Assembly: GCA_020536535.1 (NCBI GenBank)
Contig: JAHLWZ010000829.1
Location: 1 to 64,000, forward strand
Source of the DNA: Pelomyxa schiedti
Lineage: Eukaryota > Protista > Evosea
Length of the DNA stretch: 64,000 nt
Direction: 5' to 3'
Shown: positions 11,262 through 25,000 of the stretch, piece after piece
Position numbering within the stretch: position 1 is the first letter of the stretch
Layout: every line of letters starts with the position of its first letter
Notes under the pieces: generated by a model
What the model was told of the DNA's origin: nothing
The model's input: only the letters and a program-made list of their open reading frames with translations
Database searches by the model: none
Program-made: the position numbers and the translations under genes

Positions 11262-14200
11262 TCAATCTTTGTTTTGTTGTAACTGTATCTGCCTTGGTCT
11301 CTTCGGGTTTGGTTGGTTGTATTCTGGTGTTTTTGGTGGAAGGGCCTCGGGTCTGGGTCTGAGCCGGTGTAGGAGAGACGGATGAAGGTGAACTGGAGTT
11401 GATGGTGTTGTAGCTGAAGTAGTGGTGGTGTGGGAAGGGGTGGTACTTGCGGCGGCTGTGTGTGGGGAGGTGGGAAGGGTAGCGTGGGGTGAAAGGGGTA
11501 ACTTGGCCGGTGTGTTCGGTGTGTTTGCGGTTGTAATTGTTGCGGGTTTCTTGGCGAGTGTCAACTTGAGGGCTTGCAAGTCGGTTGAATTCTGACTGGG
11601 AAGGGTCAGTGGGGTGGTGGAATCCTAATTTATACACACATGCGTCGTTCGAGGATAGTAAGGCTTTTTTGATACGCCATTTTGTCGGAAAATGTTTTCA
11701 TGTACTTACTAAGGAGTATTCTAAATTCTTTTTCCTGTTGATGTTACATACTGAGCTGTGACGGGTTTCCCTACCTTCGCGCATCGGAAAATATCAAAAG
11801 TAGAATTTAATTGTTGGCACTGAGCCTTGGTATCCTGCAATTCCCCTTCCATGAGAACCAGCTTTGTTTTTGGACTGTCTCAAACTATCAGGAACAATGA
11901 AAACCTTAAAGAAAAAAGAAGGTACCACGAGTTTGAGGATATCTGTTGAGGAGCTTTATTAAAATTTAACAAAGAAGTTGAACTCAACTCACTTGTGCCA
12001 ACTCTTTTTCCAATTGTGTCACTCGCTCTGAAAGTCCATTTCTGTGCGAAATGAGGTGCTGAGGGTAACATTGGATCTACCTTTCTTCAACTGCTTCAGT
12101 TAATCCCGTGGTTAATGACAACAGTTTATTGTGTGCCGATTCGAGCTCCTTTTTCTGGCTGTCAACACGTTTGTCACTCTCATTAATTTCATTTTGGAGT
12201 AAGGCAGTTAATTCAGTCGCCTCAGAAAGTCTCTGGTCGAGTGACGCATTATTTTCCCTCAAACTATTCAGCTCTTCTTCCGCTCTGAGAGAGTTAAATA
12301 AAAGTAAAAAGAAAGAAGGTGAAGCCTTTGACAGATAGTAAGCTGTTTCCTCAAGGAAAGTGATGTCTCAGCAGCAACTTTCAGCTCTTCCCTTTGTCTT
12401 GCGTTGATCTACTACAATTAGGTAAATTGCGTCACGAGGTTATTACCTCCTCCAGTGAAGTAGCCTTCTTTGTGAGTTGAGTTATGTTGGAGACCAAAGA
12501 ACTGTTGTTGGCCGATTCAGCTTGGAGGCGTTGAAGGAGATCCCCAAGTTCCTTTTCCTTCGTAATAATAGCACTCTTGATTTTGTGAAGTTGTTCAGCT
12601 GCCTATGTTTTTGGTTTTTGATCAACAGAGTGAAGTATTTCATTTTTAATTCCAGGTTACCTCATTTTTCTGATTTTCGTAATTGGCAATTTTTACTTCA
12701 AGTCGCCTGCACTCGCATTCTTTTTCCTCAAACCCCGATTTGACAGATCCCAACATAGAAGACAAACTTTCTTTCTCGTGGATAAGGCTAGAGTTTTGGT
12801 TTTGCCACTCTTCCGCTTCCTGGTTCTTTCTCGCCACTTGTTCTGTGAGCAACTGTATTTGTGAATTAGATTGCTCTAACGCTGTTTCCAGCTCCGAAAT
12901 TCTGTCTTCAAGTCGAGAACCATTGTCTTCCAGGGCTAAATTTTTCTCAGTAGAGTTTCTATATTTCTTCTCCAAGTTCTCTAGTTTCTCTAGGCATGAA
13001 GTGTGATTGCAAGTGAGTAGCTTGAGGTCTTTCTCAGCACTTTCCTTCTGCCTCAGTATGTCAGAGATTTGTATTTCGAGATGTGCTTGGTGCGCTTTCA
13101 GATCCTCTGTGCTGGAAAGGTTCGCACCCTCTCTTTGTTTTGCAGCAGCTAAGTTGGCTTGGTACTGAGTAAGTTCTGCTTGGTACTGAGTAAGTTCGAG
13201 CTGTTGGGCAGACAACTTAGATTCTAACAGCCCCTTGGTTTTTTCACTGCTAATAAGCTCCTTTTCGATCATTGTGAGTCTTTCCTTGACACACTGAAGG
13301 TCATTCGTGGTCTCCCTCAACAATGTATTTTTAGCATTCAGTTCCAGTTTACTTGACTCGGTCAGTTGTGCCAGTCGAGCTTGTGCCTGCTTCAGATGCT
13401 TTTCCAGGGCTTCGCATTTTCGTTTTTCCTCTTCCATGCAATTCCTATTTTCTTCAAGTTGCTTCTTCACTGCCAGGAGCTCTTCTTGGGAAATACAGAG
13501 GTTCTCATTGACAGATACAAGTTGTTCCTGTGCGGACTCCTTCGACAATCTTTCTGAGTTCAATGAGTCCCGAGTTTGACCTAATTGCACTTCCATTTGC
13601 TTCAACTTGGTTTGTAATACGTCGGCCATGCTCTGGAAGAAGGTGAGCTGTTCTATTGTCTGCGTCAACTGTTCTTTGCAGGTATTATAGTCCTTACATT
13701 TGGTGGTGAGAGTATCAACTTGACACTGCATGTCATAAGACTCTTTTTCATGCAAGGCTTTTGACTCTTTGATTTCATTTTCTTTTTCTTGTAGTTTCGT
13801 GGCAAGATGGGAGATGCGGGTTTCCAAATTTGCTATGTGTTGACATAATTCTGTTTTTGTTTGTTCCAATGTTTGTTGAAGGGAAAGTAACTGTGTCATT
13901 TTATCAGCAGAGGCCTGCTTCTCAGATTGCATGTTAACTTCCATTTCTGCAATAGTTGCCTTAAGCTCTTCATTGCTCCTTCTGAGTTTTGAGTTGTCAT
14001 TCTTAATTTCACGCACAGTCGCAACCAAAACTTCGATGTCGTTGCCTGGAGCTAGCACACTGTGAGAGGAAGAACTTTCAATCCCAACACCGATTTTGAT
14101 AGCAGTGTGAAATTCCTGCTGGATTTGACTTTTCATCAAAGTGTTTATAGCAAGCTGTTCAGAATATTTGTTTTCAGTAATTGCCTTCAAGCTCTTTTCT

Positions 14201-17200
14201 TCTTCATAGCGTGAATCGAGAATGGTCAGTTGGTCTTGCAGTTCCTTGTTATGTTGCAAAAGAGTGAGGGTCCGAGCTTCTGTATCATTAAGGTTTTGTT
14301 TCACAATCTGCAAGTTGGCAGCCGACTCCTTGCACAAATTATCTGCCGTCACAAGCCGTTCCTCGAATTCTTGATTTTTTGATTGCAGGAGATGACACCT
14401 TGCCTCAACTTCCCCTAGCTCGGTTTTTTGCATTGATAGCTGCATTTCTTTTTCTTTCAGTTCACTTCCCATGTGAGTAACTTTGTCTTCCAAGGAATTT
14501 AGCTCAGACATGGCCACCTGTAACTGGGCGGTTTTCTCTTCCAATTGGGATTTGACAGGTGTGAGTTCTGATTCATGTGTTGTGATCAAGAGGTCAATGT
14601 TTCTGGTAAGACTCTCAATTTTAGTTTGCAACTGTAACTTTTGATGAGAAGAGAGAGCGAGGGATTTTTCTAACTCGTCAGCTCGTTTCTGCAACGTAGC
14701 CTTTTCTGCATTGGTAGTCTCTAGGGAGCTATGTATGGATTCGTTTGCTCTTTCATACTTCACTAAGTTTTCCGTTGCGACAGCCTCAGCGGATCGAACA
14801 TGATTCAATTTTATCTCTAATTCGTGGATATTTTCTACTAGTGATGCAGTCCTTGAAACGGAGGTGTCAAGTTTCTCATTTGTGTCATGTAATTGTTGTT
14901 GAAGAAGTAAAGATGTATTCATCTGAGTTGCATTTACCTCTGAGAGTCCAGACACCCGTTGCTCCATGCAGGATAATGCTTTCTTTCTCTCTGTCACCAA
15001 CTTCTTCAATTCACACTTCTTTGCTTTCAGTTTCTCCACCTGGTCTTGGAGAATGACTGTTGTTTCTATCTTAGCTTCAATATCCAGTTTTAGAGAGTGC
15101 ACTTCCAGGACCATTTTATCTACTCTACTTTGCAAAGCCTGCTCATTTTCTGAGGAGACCACAATCCTCCTCTCCAAGTTTTTGTTTCGGACTTTTTCTT
15201 GCTCCAATAACCCGATCAAGGAAACTCTCTCCTCTTCCAGAATCGAGGTCTGTTTCTGCAGAGTTTCGAGTGCAACAAGATTGCCTTGTAGTTTACTTAT
15301 CTCATCTCTCTGTTGTGCTATCTCCTTTTCCAAAGTACTCTCACACAACCTTTGCTCTTCAAGGTATTTTTGTAAGTCGCCGATCTGCTTCTGATAGACG
15401 GCAGCAGCATTACTTGATTTATTTTCTAGGTCACGGTACATTTGGTCCTGTAATTCCAGTTGCTTGTTTTTCTCGTTGTTCACTTGGGTTGCCTGAGAAA
15501 GACCAAGGGTAAGTGCTGTATTTTCCTGTAGCAACTGTATTTGCTGTGACTCATAGGATCTAATTTGAGCTTCCATGTTCTGGATCTTGCTCTGTTGTTG
15601 TGTTGAGAGTTCCTGCATGGAGTTTGCATCGGCCTGATAGTTTTCTAATCTTTCCATCCACTGGAGCTTTTGTTTCTCAAAAAGCGTTTCCTTCTCCTTA
15701 ATTGTATCTAGAAGAGTTGTGTTCTCCCGGGAGATTTTTATCTTCTCTTCATTACGTAGGTCAATCTCTTGCTTTCTCTCAAGTTCTCTTTTCTCGTAGT
15801 CTGAAATGGTTCTTTCCAGTTCAACGTTCTTTTGCTTGGCGCAAGCGAGTTGGTCCATGTATTTACCAACAGTATCCTTCAATTCTGATGTCTGCTGTAA
15901 TAAATCAGCAAATAGTTTGCTCTGTTCTTCAGTTGCGCAGTTTTTACTCATTTGGGCAAGTTGGGAATGAAGGATAGTGTTAGATTCCTGTAAGGCTAAA
16001 TTCTTTTCTTCAAGGCTTGTAAGTTTCTCTTGTGCTTGGTTATACCTTTCCTTTAAGGTAGTGAATTCTGATTGCATGAAACCACTTTCCTGCCGGTAGT
16101 TGTTGCACTGATGAGACAACTCTTCTGCTTTTACCTTGCCCTCTTCAACTTGACTTAATAGAACAGTGAGCTGGCTGGATTGCGAGACAATCGTTTGGTG
16201 TTGTTGTTCAATTTCCTGTGAAAACTGTTTTCTTTGCTTTTCATTTTCAGCAGTCATGTTCCCAATGAAAAGTTGAAGATCGCAATTACTTTGCTGTTGT
16301 TGTGTACACTTCTGATGAAGTGCTTGGTGTTGCTGCTCAAATTCCTGGCGCTCTTTATGGAATCTTTTTTCCATATCGGCATTTTCTTTCTTCAGCTCAG
16401 CGCATTGATCTTCCATGGAATGCAAGAGTGAGATACTTTGCTCTCTCTGCTCATCCATCATCTTCACTAGAGAGGCATGCTTCAGTTCGTCGTTAGCGAG
16501 TGACTGCTTCAGTCTTTCAACTTCAGAAACTTGCATTTGGTACCTTTCCTGAGACTCTTTCAGTTGCTGAAGTAAGTCACAGAGCTCCTTATTTTTATTT
16601 TCCTCCAGAGCTTTCAAGTGCTGGCTAAGTTCCAGGAGCTTCTTATCAGAGTACTCTTGTTGTGTGCGCAACTTGTTGGCAATTGTTGTATTCTCTTCCT
16701 TTAATTGGGCTTTCTCGGATTCCAATGTTTCACAGGTCTTACTCAACTGCGAATGTTTTGCCTGCAAGTTTGCATGTTGGGGCAGAAGGATCTCGTACTC
16801 ACTTTGTAGTTTCGAGTACTTTGTGCACTGCAGTTCCGAATCGGCGCACTTTTGTTTGAAGAGATGTAACTTGGATTTTATTTTTTCACAGTGCCTCTGT
16901 TGCATATCTGACTGTGATTTCAATTCAGACACAACTTTCTCACCCTGCTCTTGGATTGCACGAAGTCGTTCCTTGTACTCAAAGGTTTCTTGAGTGTACT
17001 GTGCTGTCAAAGTAGAGAGTTGACTCAGAAGTGATTCCTTTTGCTCTTGGAGAAGTGTGATACTTTCTTGCAGTTTTTGGTTCTGACCTTGCAGATCCTG
17101 AGCTCCAAGAATAAGTCCTTCACACTGTTGTTGAAGTGACGTAATCGAGGTTTTCAGGTTATTTATCTCTTCTTTCAAGAGAGAAATGGTGCTGCATTGC

Positions 17201-19703
17201 GATTCACTATGCTGTTTGGTAGATGTGAGCTCCTCTTTCAGAGTTGCATTTTGTTGTTGGAAGGACTGCAGTTGATTTTGGGTATCTTGCAATTCTGTGA
17301 CTTTTACCGTTGCACCTTCCAGTTCCTTCTGGAGCTGCTCGTTGTGAAGCCTTTCATCAGTCAGTGATTTTTTCATGCGTTCAAGTTCATACTGGCACTC
17401 CTGATGTTGCTGCTTAATATCTGCCAGTTCACTTATTTCAAGTTTCAATTTTGCATTGCCGCCTAACTCCGTTTGCAGTAGCAGCTTCTCTTTCTCTAAA
17501 TTTTTTTTCTCCTGTTGTGTACTTTGGATATCAGCTTCAAGTTCTGCTTTAATCTGTTCTACTGCTGCTAATTGCAGGGTTGCCTTTTCTGCTTCTTCTA
17601 CTAGGTGTTGAATTTCCTTTTGCTGTTCCTCAACTACAGCAGTCTTTTGGGTCAACTCCCTCTGTACTGAAGCAACCTCCTCCCTAGTTGTTTGAAGAAG
17701 TGTAGACAAAGTGGAATTGTCCATTTTAAGAGTAGTATGTAGTTTTTCAGCTTCATGATGTGTTTGTATCTGACGTTGAAGAGAATCCATTTGACTCTCC
17801 AATTCGATGTTTTTTGCTTCAGATTCACGCAGCCGAGTGGTGTGGCCAGAAACAAGAGTTCTCTCACAGTTCAGTTGTTCAGTCAGGTCATTTAATTTCT
17901 GGAGGAGTGCTTGCCTTTCGTTTTCGTGCATTTCTGTGAGAGAAGTAGAGTGTTCACTCATTTTAGATTGGCATGAGACCAAACTATCCTTTGTTTGCTG
18001 AAAACACAGTGCAATGTTTTCCACTTGTGTGAGAGCCTCATTTATGGAAATGCCACTGTTAGTTGCTTCAATCTGCAGATTACACTGTTGCCGGACTACA
18101 TTATATACTGCGTTCACGAGAGTGTCGTATTGTTCTCTCAATTGGGTGTTAGTGGTGTTAGTCACAGTGAGGTCATCAAGTCTGGTCTTCATTTCACAGC
18201 ATTTTCCTTCCAATTCGAGTATCTTCTCTTTCTCTTGTTTAATTTCTAGGTCACTTCGGTCTTTCTCCCTCTGTAACTCCTCAGCTTTCATCAGTGCTGC
18301 CTGTGATAGCTCAGCTAGCTTGGAGTTTTGGTCTTTACACTCGGACAGATCTTTTTTCAACTGCTCAGAGTCACTGTCGTGGGCAGGCATATCATTTTTG
18401 GCAAGCATGAGATTTTTTAGTTCTTTATCTTTGTGTGCAAGCAGTGCTGCTAACCTCAGGCAAGATTCATTTTTACACATGAAGGGTTCGACAGCTTCTG
18501 GTGCCTTGACAACAGTAGGGTCACTGTCCTTCTGGACAAGAGCATCTGTAACTTCCTTTATTCTGTAGTTAGCTGCTGGCTGGCAATGGGCACTTACCAC
18601 AGAAGAGTTGGATTTTGCATCATCCATTTGTTTCATTTTTTTGTCAAGTTGATCCACAATCGAATGAAGCAAGAACTGGAGTGTTATGTAAGTTAAAGAA
18701 CAATGTTTGCAACTAATGTGTATCAAGAAACATTTTCCTCTCTCATCTGTGTGCATAATAAGATTTTTCTTTTTTTAAGTAATTTATCAACCTTGGCGAC
18801 ATCCTGTGCCTCTTTCTCCTGTGCTTCCCTGGGAAAAAAATAAAATTAAATGATTAAGTACTTCCTGGTTCACAGACTCGTAACTAATCGAAATATTAAG
18901 CATCTTACTGTAAAGTTCTCAGCTCCTGTAGTCTGAAGGAAAGAGTGGTATTCAAAGCTGCTATCTCGTCATCTTTTGCTTTTCTGAAGAAATTCAATGA
19001 ACAGTCGAGGGAAAAAACACCTACAATATTTCAAGAGGGTTTTCCATCTGCCACATGCAAAGTTAAAATAGGCGATATAGATGTATGATACCGTGGAATT
19101 TGGCATAGGTTCATCGGTGATAAACGCTGGGGACACATGTGAGCCAATTGTTGCATCAAAGTCAAGAAAGGGTTGCTGAGGCTTGTTTTGTTAAATAGAG
19201 TCATACCAAAAAAAAACAAAAAAAAGTTGGCGTACTGGAGGAAGGAAGGCATCCCTATTTGAGGGAACAACATCAGGAGGTGCCATCACCTACCACCATT
19301 AGATCAGTGCAAAAATCACGAAGCGCCCGACTGGTACCCTTTTGGCGGCCTGCTTTCTAACTGTTGTCATCATGTGCGGAGGTCCTGGGTCGTCCGAGTG
19401 TGTTTTGTGCGACACATGCTGTACAGTAGCAGGCGCGATTGCTATTACAGTCCCCCCCTTTCCCGCTTTCCTCGCCGACGACGTGGTGCTGTCCAGCGCC
19501 CTGAGCGACGACGACGAAGAGCTGCTGCTGCTACTACTTGGATACATCGCCGCACTCGTTGGGTCATGTTGTTGTTGCTGGCGTTGCTTACTGCCACCAT
19601 CTTTCCTTGTTGAGTGTGCCTGAGATCCACTACGACCCCCACCACCACCAGATTTCATTGTCCTGTTCATAGCATCCTCACGTGTCTTCTTGAACCCCTT
19701 CAT
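11262..19703 (-). CDS. Giant coiled-coil protein (over 2,300 aa) with one exon of about 6.1 kb; golgin/centrosomal-type
   Basis: ORF 12646-18756 is 2036 aa of E/Q/K/L heptads. Flanking short exons continue the coiled coil (12077-12262 and 11640-11870) and give an S/T/P-rich tail. Probable start is MKGFKK at 19703; the 5' exon structure was not fully traced. Confidence 0.75.
13157..13197 (-). repeat. 21-bp tandem duplication encoding one duplicated heptad (ELTQYQA x2)
   Basis: gcttggtactgagtaagttc occurs twice with 21-nt period. Confidence 0.9.
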
Positions 19704-19860
19704 CGTGATTTTTTTTTCTTTCTGGTCCAGGTGTCTTGGAAATGAAGGCGGCGTGATGGTACTAATGCCAAACCAATTAAATAGGAAAATAGAAACTGCA
19801 AAATTTCGTTTGACTTGATCGATCAAAATGGTTGTAGGGGGGGGCGTTTGAGTGTGAAGC

Positions 19861-21719
19861 CTATGGATCCACAGTCATCTCTAATTCGCTAAAGAACGTC
19901 CATCCCGAGTTCGACAGCACAATCCTCAGCAGTGTGTTCTGTGAGCCTCCTCCGCCCACAATCCTGAGCTGGTCAAGGTTCCCAAACACATACTCGCTCT
20001 GGGCCTGAGCCGGCAACAGCTTCCAGCTGCCGGCATCCACCCACGTGCTCCCATAATCCCGAGACACCGCCAGTGCCATTTTGGCCGGGAACAGAATCCC
20101 CTCATCTGGCAAGCTCAGCAAGTGAACAGCCACCCAATCAATCCCATAATCAGGCCCCACGTCCACAATAATCTCCGCATCACCTTGCACTGCCACCCAA
20201 TTCTCTGACTGGCTAGTTGTAGGGTCCCCAATAAGGCCGTCGCTCAACTTGGTCAACTCGGTATCCGGGTGATTATCCACCGGCTTCGTGGAATCGCCGT
20301 ATCTGTAAGTGAATGGCAATTGAATGTAGCCATCCTGGATGGAGAACCTGGGGTATTACATTGGTGTGGAGTTTTTGTTGTGGGTTGGAAAAAACACACC
20401 ATGATTTGTAGGCAGATAACATGCGCTTGGATTCATCGCAGTGTGCTGTATCAACTGTGCCGAATTGTGTCTGCTGTATCCAAGTCACGAACTTGGCTGC
20501 ATATCTGATGGATTATTATGTTAGAACTGGAGTTAAAAAGAAGAATTCGTACGGAATAGTTTGTTCAAGTTGCAATTTGAACCTACCAAGGGAAGCGGAT
20601 GCATAGCCACCTCCCTCAAGGTTCAGGCCCCAGTTAAAGGCCTCATTGTCTGACCAGAAGATAGGCAGGACATCAGCAAGAGCAGAGTAGTAGTCAGCCA
20701 ATGTGTAGTCATCACGGTTGAAGACCTTATAAGGATTAAACCAGAGGAATAGGAACGTGGTATACATTGATAGCATCAGCTCCAACACTGTCCTGCCATA
20801 TTTGTATGTCCACTCCTGTTGTGGCAGCAAATAACGCTGCTCGTTCTGCAATTGTAGCAGGTGTGACATTCATAGTCCTGGCACCATTCAAATAGGGAGA
20901 AACAGTAACCGGGATATTGTATCGGGACTTCATCATGGTTGTAACTTGTGTGTAATAGGGAAGCACAACATATTCTTCAGTCCAATAAGGTACCCCAGCT
21001 TCATCAAAGATAACTGCATTCATGTGAACCAGGGTTGTTTTCTCCATATTTTGGTAATCTTACACCATCCAGCAAGGGAGGTGAGGTTTTCATCTGGTAT
21101 CAAATTCAGGACATACTGGATATCTTCTCTCATATTAGTACTAATGCCAGGTTTTCAGGGAGGAAAAGAAAAGTGCCTGTTAGAGTATAGTTCAACTGGG
21201 GTTCCTGATAGAAATTCCAACAAGGGCCTGAAGAACTAGCACCAAGGTCTATAAGAACCTCAGACGACAACAAACAGGGATCAAATAAGCCTACACACGG
21301 ACACTGAGGTTCTCTGAGCGTGATGCAGCAAAGACGCCAGCCATTCCGTGAAAGGCGTGTTGATTATCCACTGGAAGTTATTAGATGGACATTCGTCGCC
21401 TGCGATCTGCCTCACGCCCTGAATTGGGCGGTTAGTTTTAATGTTCCCTTGGGCTTTGCTTGTGTGCAGGATTCGGATGAATCAACTCGCAAAATAAAAA
21501 GAAGACGAGTACCGAAACGACGACGATGTTCATCCCCAGGGATTGGATCTCGTCGAAAAAGTCACTGAGCAGCTGGTCCGAATCCAGTAACGGGGGCCAT
21601 AAAAATGTCCCGTGCAACGCCAGCGGAGACACCGTTTCCTTGCTGGCGCCTGAGGCCAGTCCCAGTCCCACACAAACTCCCGTCACTACGCAAATCAGCA
21701 AACACGCCCGTGCACTCAT
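19861..21719 (-). CDS. Secreted DUF4434-like (TIM-barrel glycoside hydrolase-like) protein with a C-terminal discoidin/F5-8-type beta-sandwich
   Basis: Signal peptide MSARACLLICVVTGVCVGLGLA; motifs HGTFLWP, spliced LAGWFIFDE, IQIWQDSVG and FWSDNEAFNW resemble DUF4434; the C-terminal KLSDGLIG...IIVDVG...WTFFSELE resembles a galactose-binding-like fold. Confidence 0.6.
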
Positions 21720-22074
21720 TCGTCAACGCAAAAAGAAGTTTGATGGTTCAAGACAAGTTCACTCCAGAGTTTTTGATGATGGTGTTCCTGGGACTTACAA
21801 TACTGTTGTTGTTCTGATTCTGAGACTCACACTGCGGGCTAAAAGCTCCAGAAGCTGCGTACTTGTTCTTGTAGCTCTTGGGACAAGCTGGTTTGAAGAG
21901 CTTCCTCATACGGTTGGACACCTTCGACACCACTGAGCTGGGAGTGAGTGTGTTTAGAAGTTCTCTGCGTCAAAGAGATCATAAGGCTTGGTTGTTGTAT
22001 TTGTGTGGTGTGGGCAAAGGATGTTGGTTTGAAGTTTAGAAAAGCTAAGTCCACTGACTGTGCTGTCTGGGCAC

Positions 22075-25000
22075 ATGAAGGGTCGTGGCGCTGTGGGCCG
22101 TGAGAGGTGCAAGGCCATGGGCATTGGTGGCAATCTCGAATACGCCATTGCCCTCAGCAGCGACGAAGGCGACGAGGAGTACCTGGAGGAAGAGGCAGAG
22201 GACGATGAGTGGTGCACGAGGGCTTCACTGTGCGAGGAGGCCGAGTCGCCCCCACGGGGCAGCGGCGACGACGACTACGGCGAGCCGGCGAGGGTGAAGG
22301 AGGAAGAAGACGAAGACGAAGACGAGGACGAGGACGAGGACGAGGAGAGGGAGGGGAATGGAGCCGATGGCGATGTCGCTGCTGCTGATGCTGGCGATGG
22401 TGGGGATCATTACCGCGATTATGGGCGCGAGGCAGACTGTGACCACACAAATCAAGACCAGGGCGAAACTGCTGCTGCTGATGATAATGATGATGCTGAT
22501 GATGATGATAAGGGGGAGAAAGATGGTGGCGATGTTGAGGAGAGGGGGGACGAGGCGAGTGAGTATTATGATTCTGATGAAGATGAAAGCTGTGACGAGG
22601 CCCAGCAAGAGGAAGCGGAAGAAGAAGAATATATTAATGATGATGATGAAGACCAAGTGGAGCACGGTGTTGATGACAACTCTGACATGGAAGAACATTG
22701 TACCGTGGATAGTGATGACGGCTGTGAGACTGCTGAGTACCTGTCTGATGAACTTGAATACCAAAGTGCAGGCAAGAGGCCCACATCAGCCAGCTCCTTT
22801 TTCTTTTTATTGATTGCCATCTTCTTCTTCTTCTTCTTCTTCTTTGCAATTACTCCTCTTCAGCAGAAGAAAGTGAAAACTCAAAGGATTCTCCCCTGCC
22901 CTCTGCACGCAGAGTTTCACCACACAAATGGGCAAAGAGGCCGGATGGCAATGGTCCTGAGGACTATAATATCGGTGAGTGGGTACAGTTTATTCCGGAC
23001 GACGAATATCAGTCTGAGCTCAACTACTTGGCAAGTGTACACAAATACAACTCAGTAGTTATTAACAACAAAACAAAAGCCTGGTCAACCCAATTCAAAA
23101 ATCACATTGTGGATAGGCCAGATTGTAAGAAAAAGTGAGACTGAAGTGAGAACTAGATGGCTTTGGGATCCTGCAGATACCTTTTCCCAGGATGTTGGGG
23201 GCATAGCACACTCTCGTGAGTTGTATTTGGGCCATGTGGATGACTCCAACTCATTCGATTGGAATGAGCAGATCTATGTTCAGAAGAAATGCTTTGTAAG
23301 GCCTCTGCAAGAGTTATTGTTTCCTGACTTAAATGGCAGGTGAAATATTTTTCTTCTTTGGAAGGAGAAGAATTTAAAAACTGGGTGAGGCTAGAGGATC
23401 ATTATTTCTATAGATTCGAGTATAACAGTAAAGAGTATTCTATCGATGAGAAGTCTTTTTTTTATTATTATTTTCACTAGGGTATGTTACACTGACCCAC
23501 GTGACCTTCAGAAGAGAGATATGACCCGTCCACCCCGGATTTTGGATACTTTCTGTGGGTGTGGTGGTCTCAGCTACGGCTTTGAGCAAGTGTGTACCTT
23601 TGTTTGTTTTTTGTTCTTGAAACCTTTCTGAGCTATTTATTGAAGGCAGGCTTTCCTGTGACTTGGGCTATTGAGAGGGATGCCCACGCCCTGAAATCGT
23701 ACATGAGGCAGCATGGTAACGTTATACCCATTCAAGGCTGTGTGAAGGAATTACTCAAATCACTAAAAAATCTGGCATCACTATCAAGCAGAGAAAGTGA
23801 GTATGCGTTTATTTCATTATCTAGTAAAATGTAAATAGAAGCCTGCCATGACAACGATAAGTTCAACACAAAGAACACAAAGGACAGCACAAAACCCGAC
23901 ACAAAAACAAACAATAAGTACAACACAAAACGCGGCACAAAGGACAGTACAAAGGGCAACTGGGAAATTAGCTCGGTTCAGGATATGCATTTCTCAGGGT
24001 CATCATTGTCATTTCTTGTTGAATGGAAAGGGAAGTGGGCCCCTTCATATAATGCCTGGAAAGCACTCGATGAGATAAATGCAGATAGATGCATCTCACA
24101 GTTCCTCCATTCACATTATCCGAACTTTTCCAATCGGAGAATGTTCAGACATACGAACTCCCACAAGGGCTTCCAGTTTTCTTCGGACCTTGCTGCCCTG
24201 CCTTGCGTACCAATCCCTGGAGAAGTTACAATGCTGATAGGAGGGCCACCTTGCCAAGGTGTCAGCAGATGCAATAGACTCAGGGAGCTAAAGCATCCTC
24301 TCAGAAATAAAGACAACCAAATGATGGCTGTTTTCCTGGACTACATTGCATTCCTAAAGCCTGAAATTGTTCTCTTTGAGAATGTTACTGGCGTTTTTGA
24401 TGTGAATGATGCCTTCTTGATGAGAATGCTGATAGCGAAGTTACTTAGTTTGGGTTATCAAGCCAGACTCGGTTTGCTAAATGCTTGTTGTTTTGGCACA
24501 CCACAAAGGAGATGGAGATGTTTTATTTGGGCTGCGAAAAGTGGTGTATTTCTACCCAAATTTCCTCCACCAAAATTCCAGATGCCACAACATGGACTAG
24601 CGTTGCGTAAAAAATTCCATCAGTAAGTGCACTCTCGCAATGAAAAACTTACCAAACTAGGTTTACAGTGATGCCGCACTACCGAAATTTAGCAGACCTT
24701 CCCCCGGCTTTAACTGTGTGGGACGCTATTTCAGGTTCTGATTATTTCTTTGGCACATTGCATTCTTCCACTGTTCCCAGACCTTCCAGAAAAAGTCGTA
24801 ATAAGTGGTGAAATTAAATATGCACACCACTGCTTATCCGCATATCAGAGAAGTCTGAGAATGCAGACTGATTCCACTGTTACGTTGCATTATAGCTTTT
24901 CCCCAAACAACCAGCAGGTTAGCATTCCGTTTTTATTGGTTCCTTCATCATTGTATCTAGAATTCTCTGGATGTAGCACTTGAACGGAATGGGGCACTTC

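Noticed and set aside
21839-22054. Short minus ORF (…QELQEQVRSFWSF) between the glycosidase and methyltransferase genes
   Set aside because: No recognisable homology or clear start, and it lies in a probable divergent promoter.
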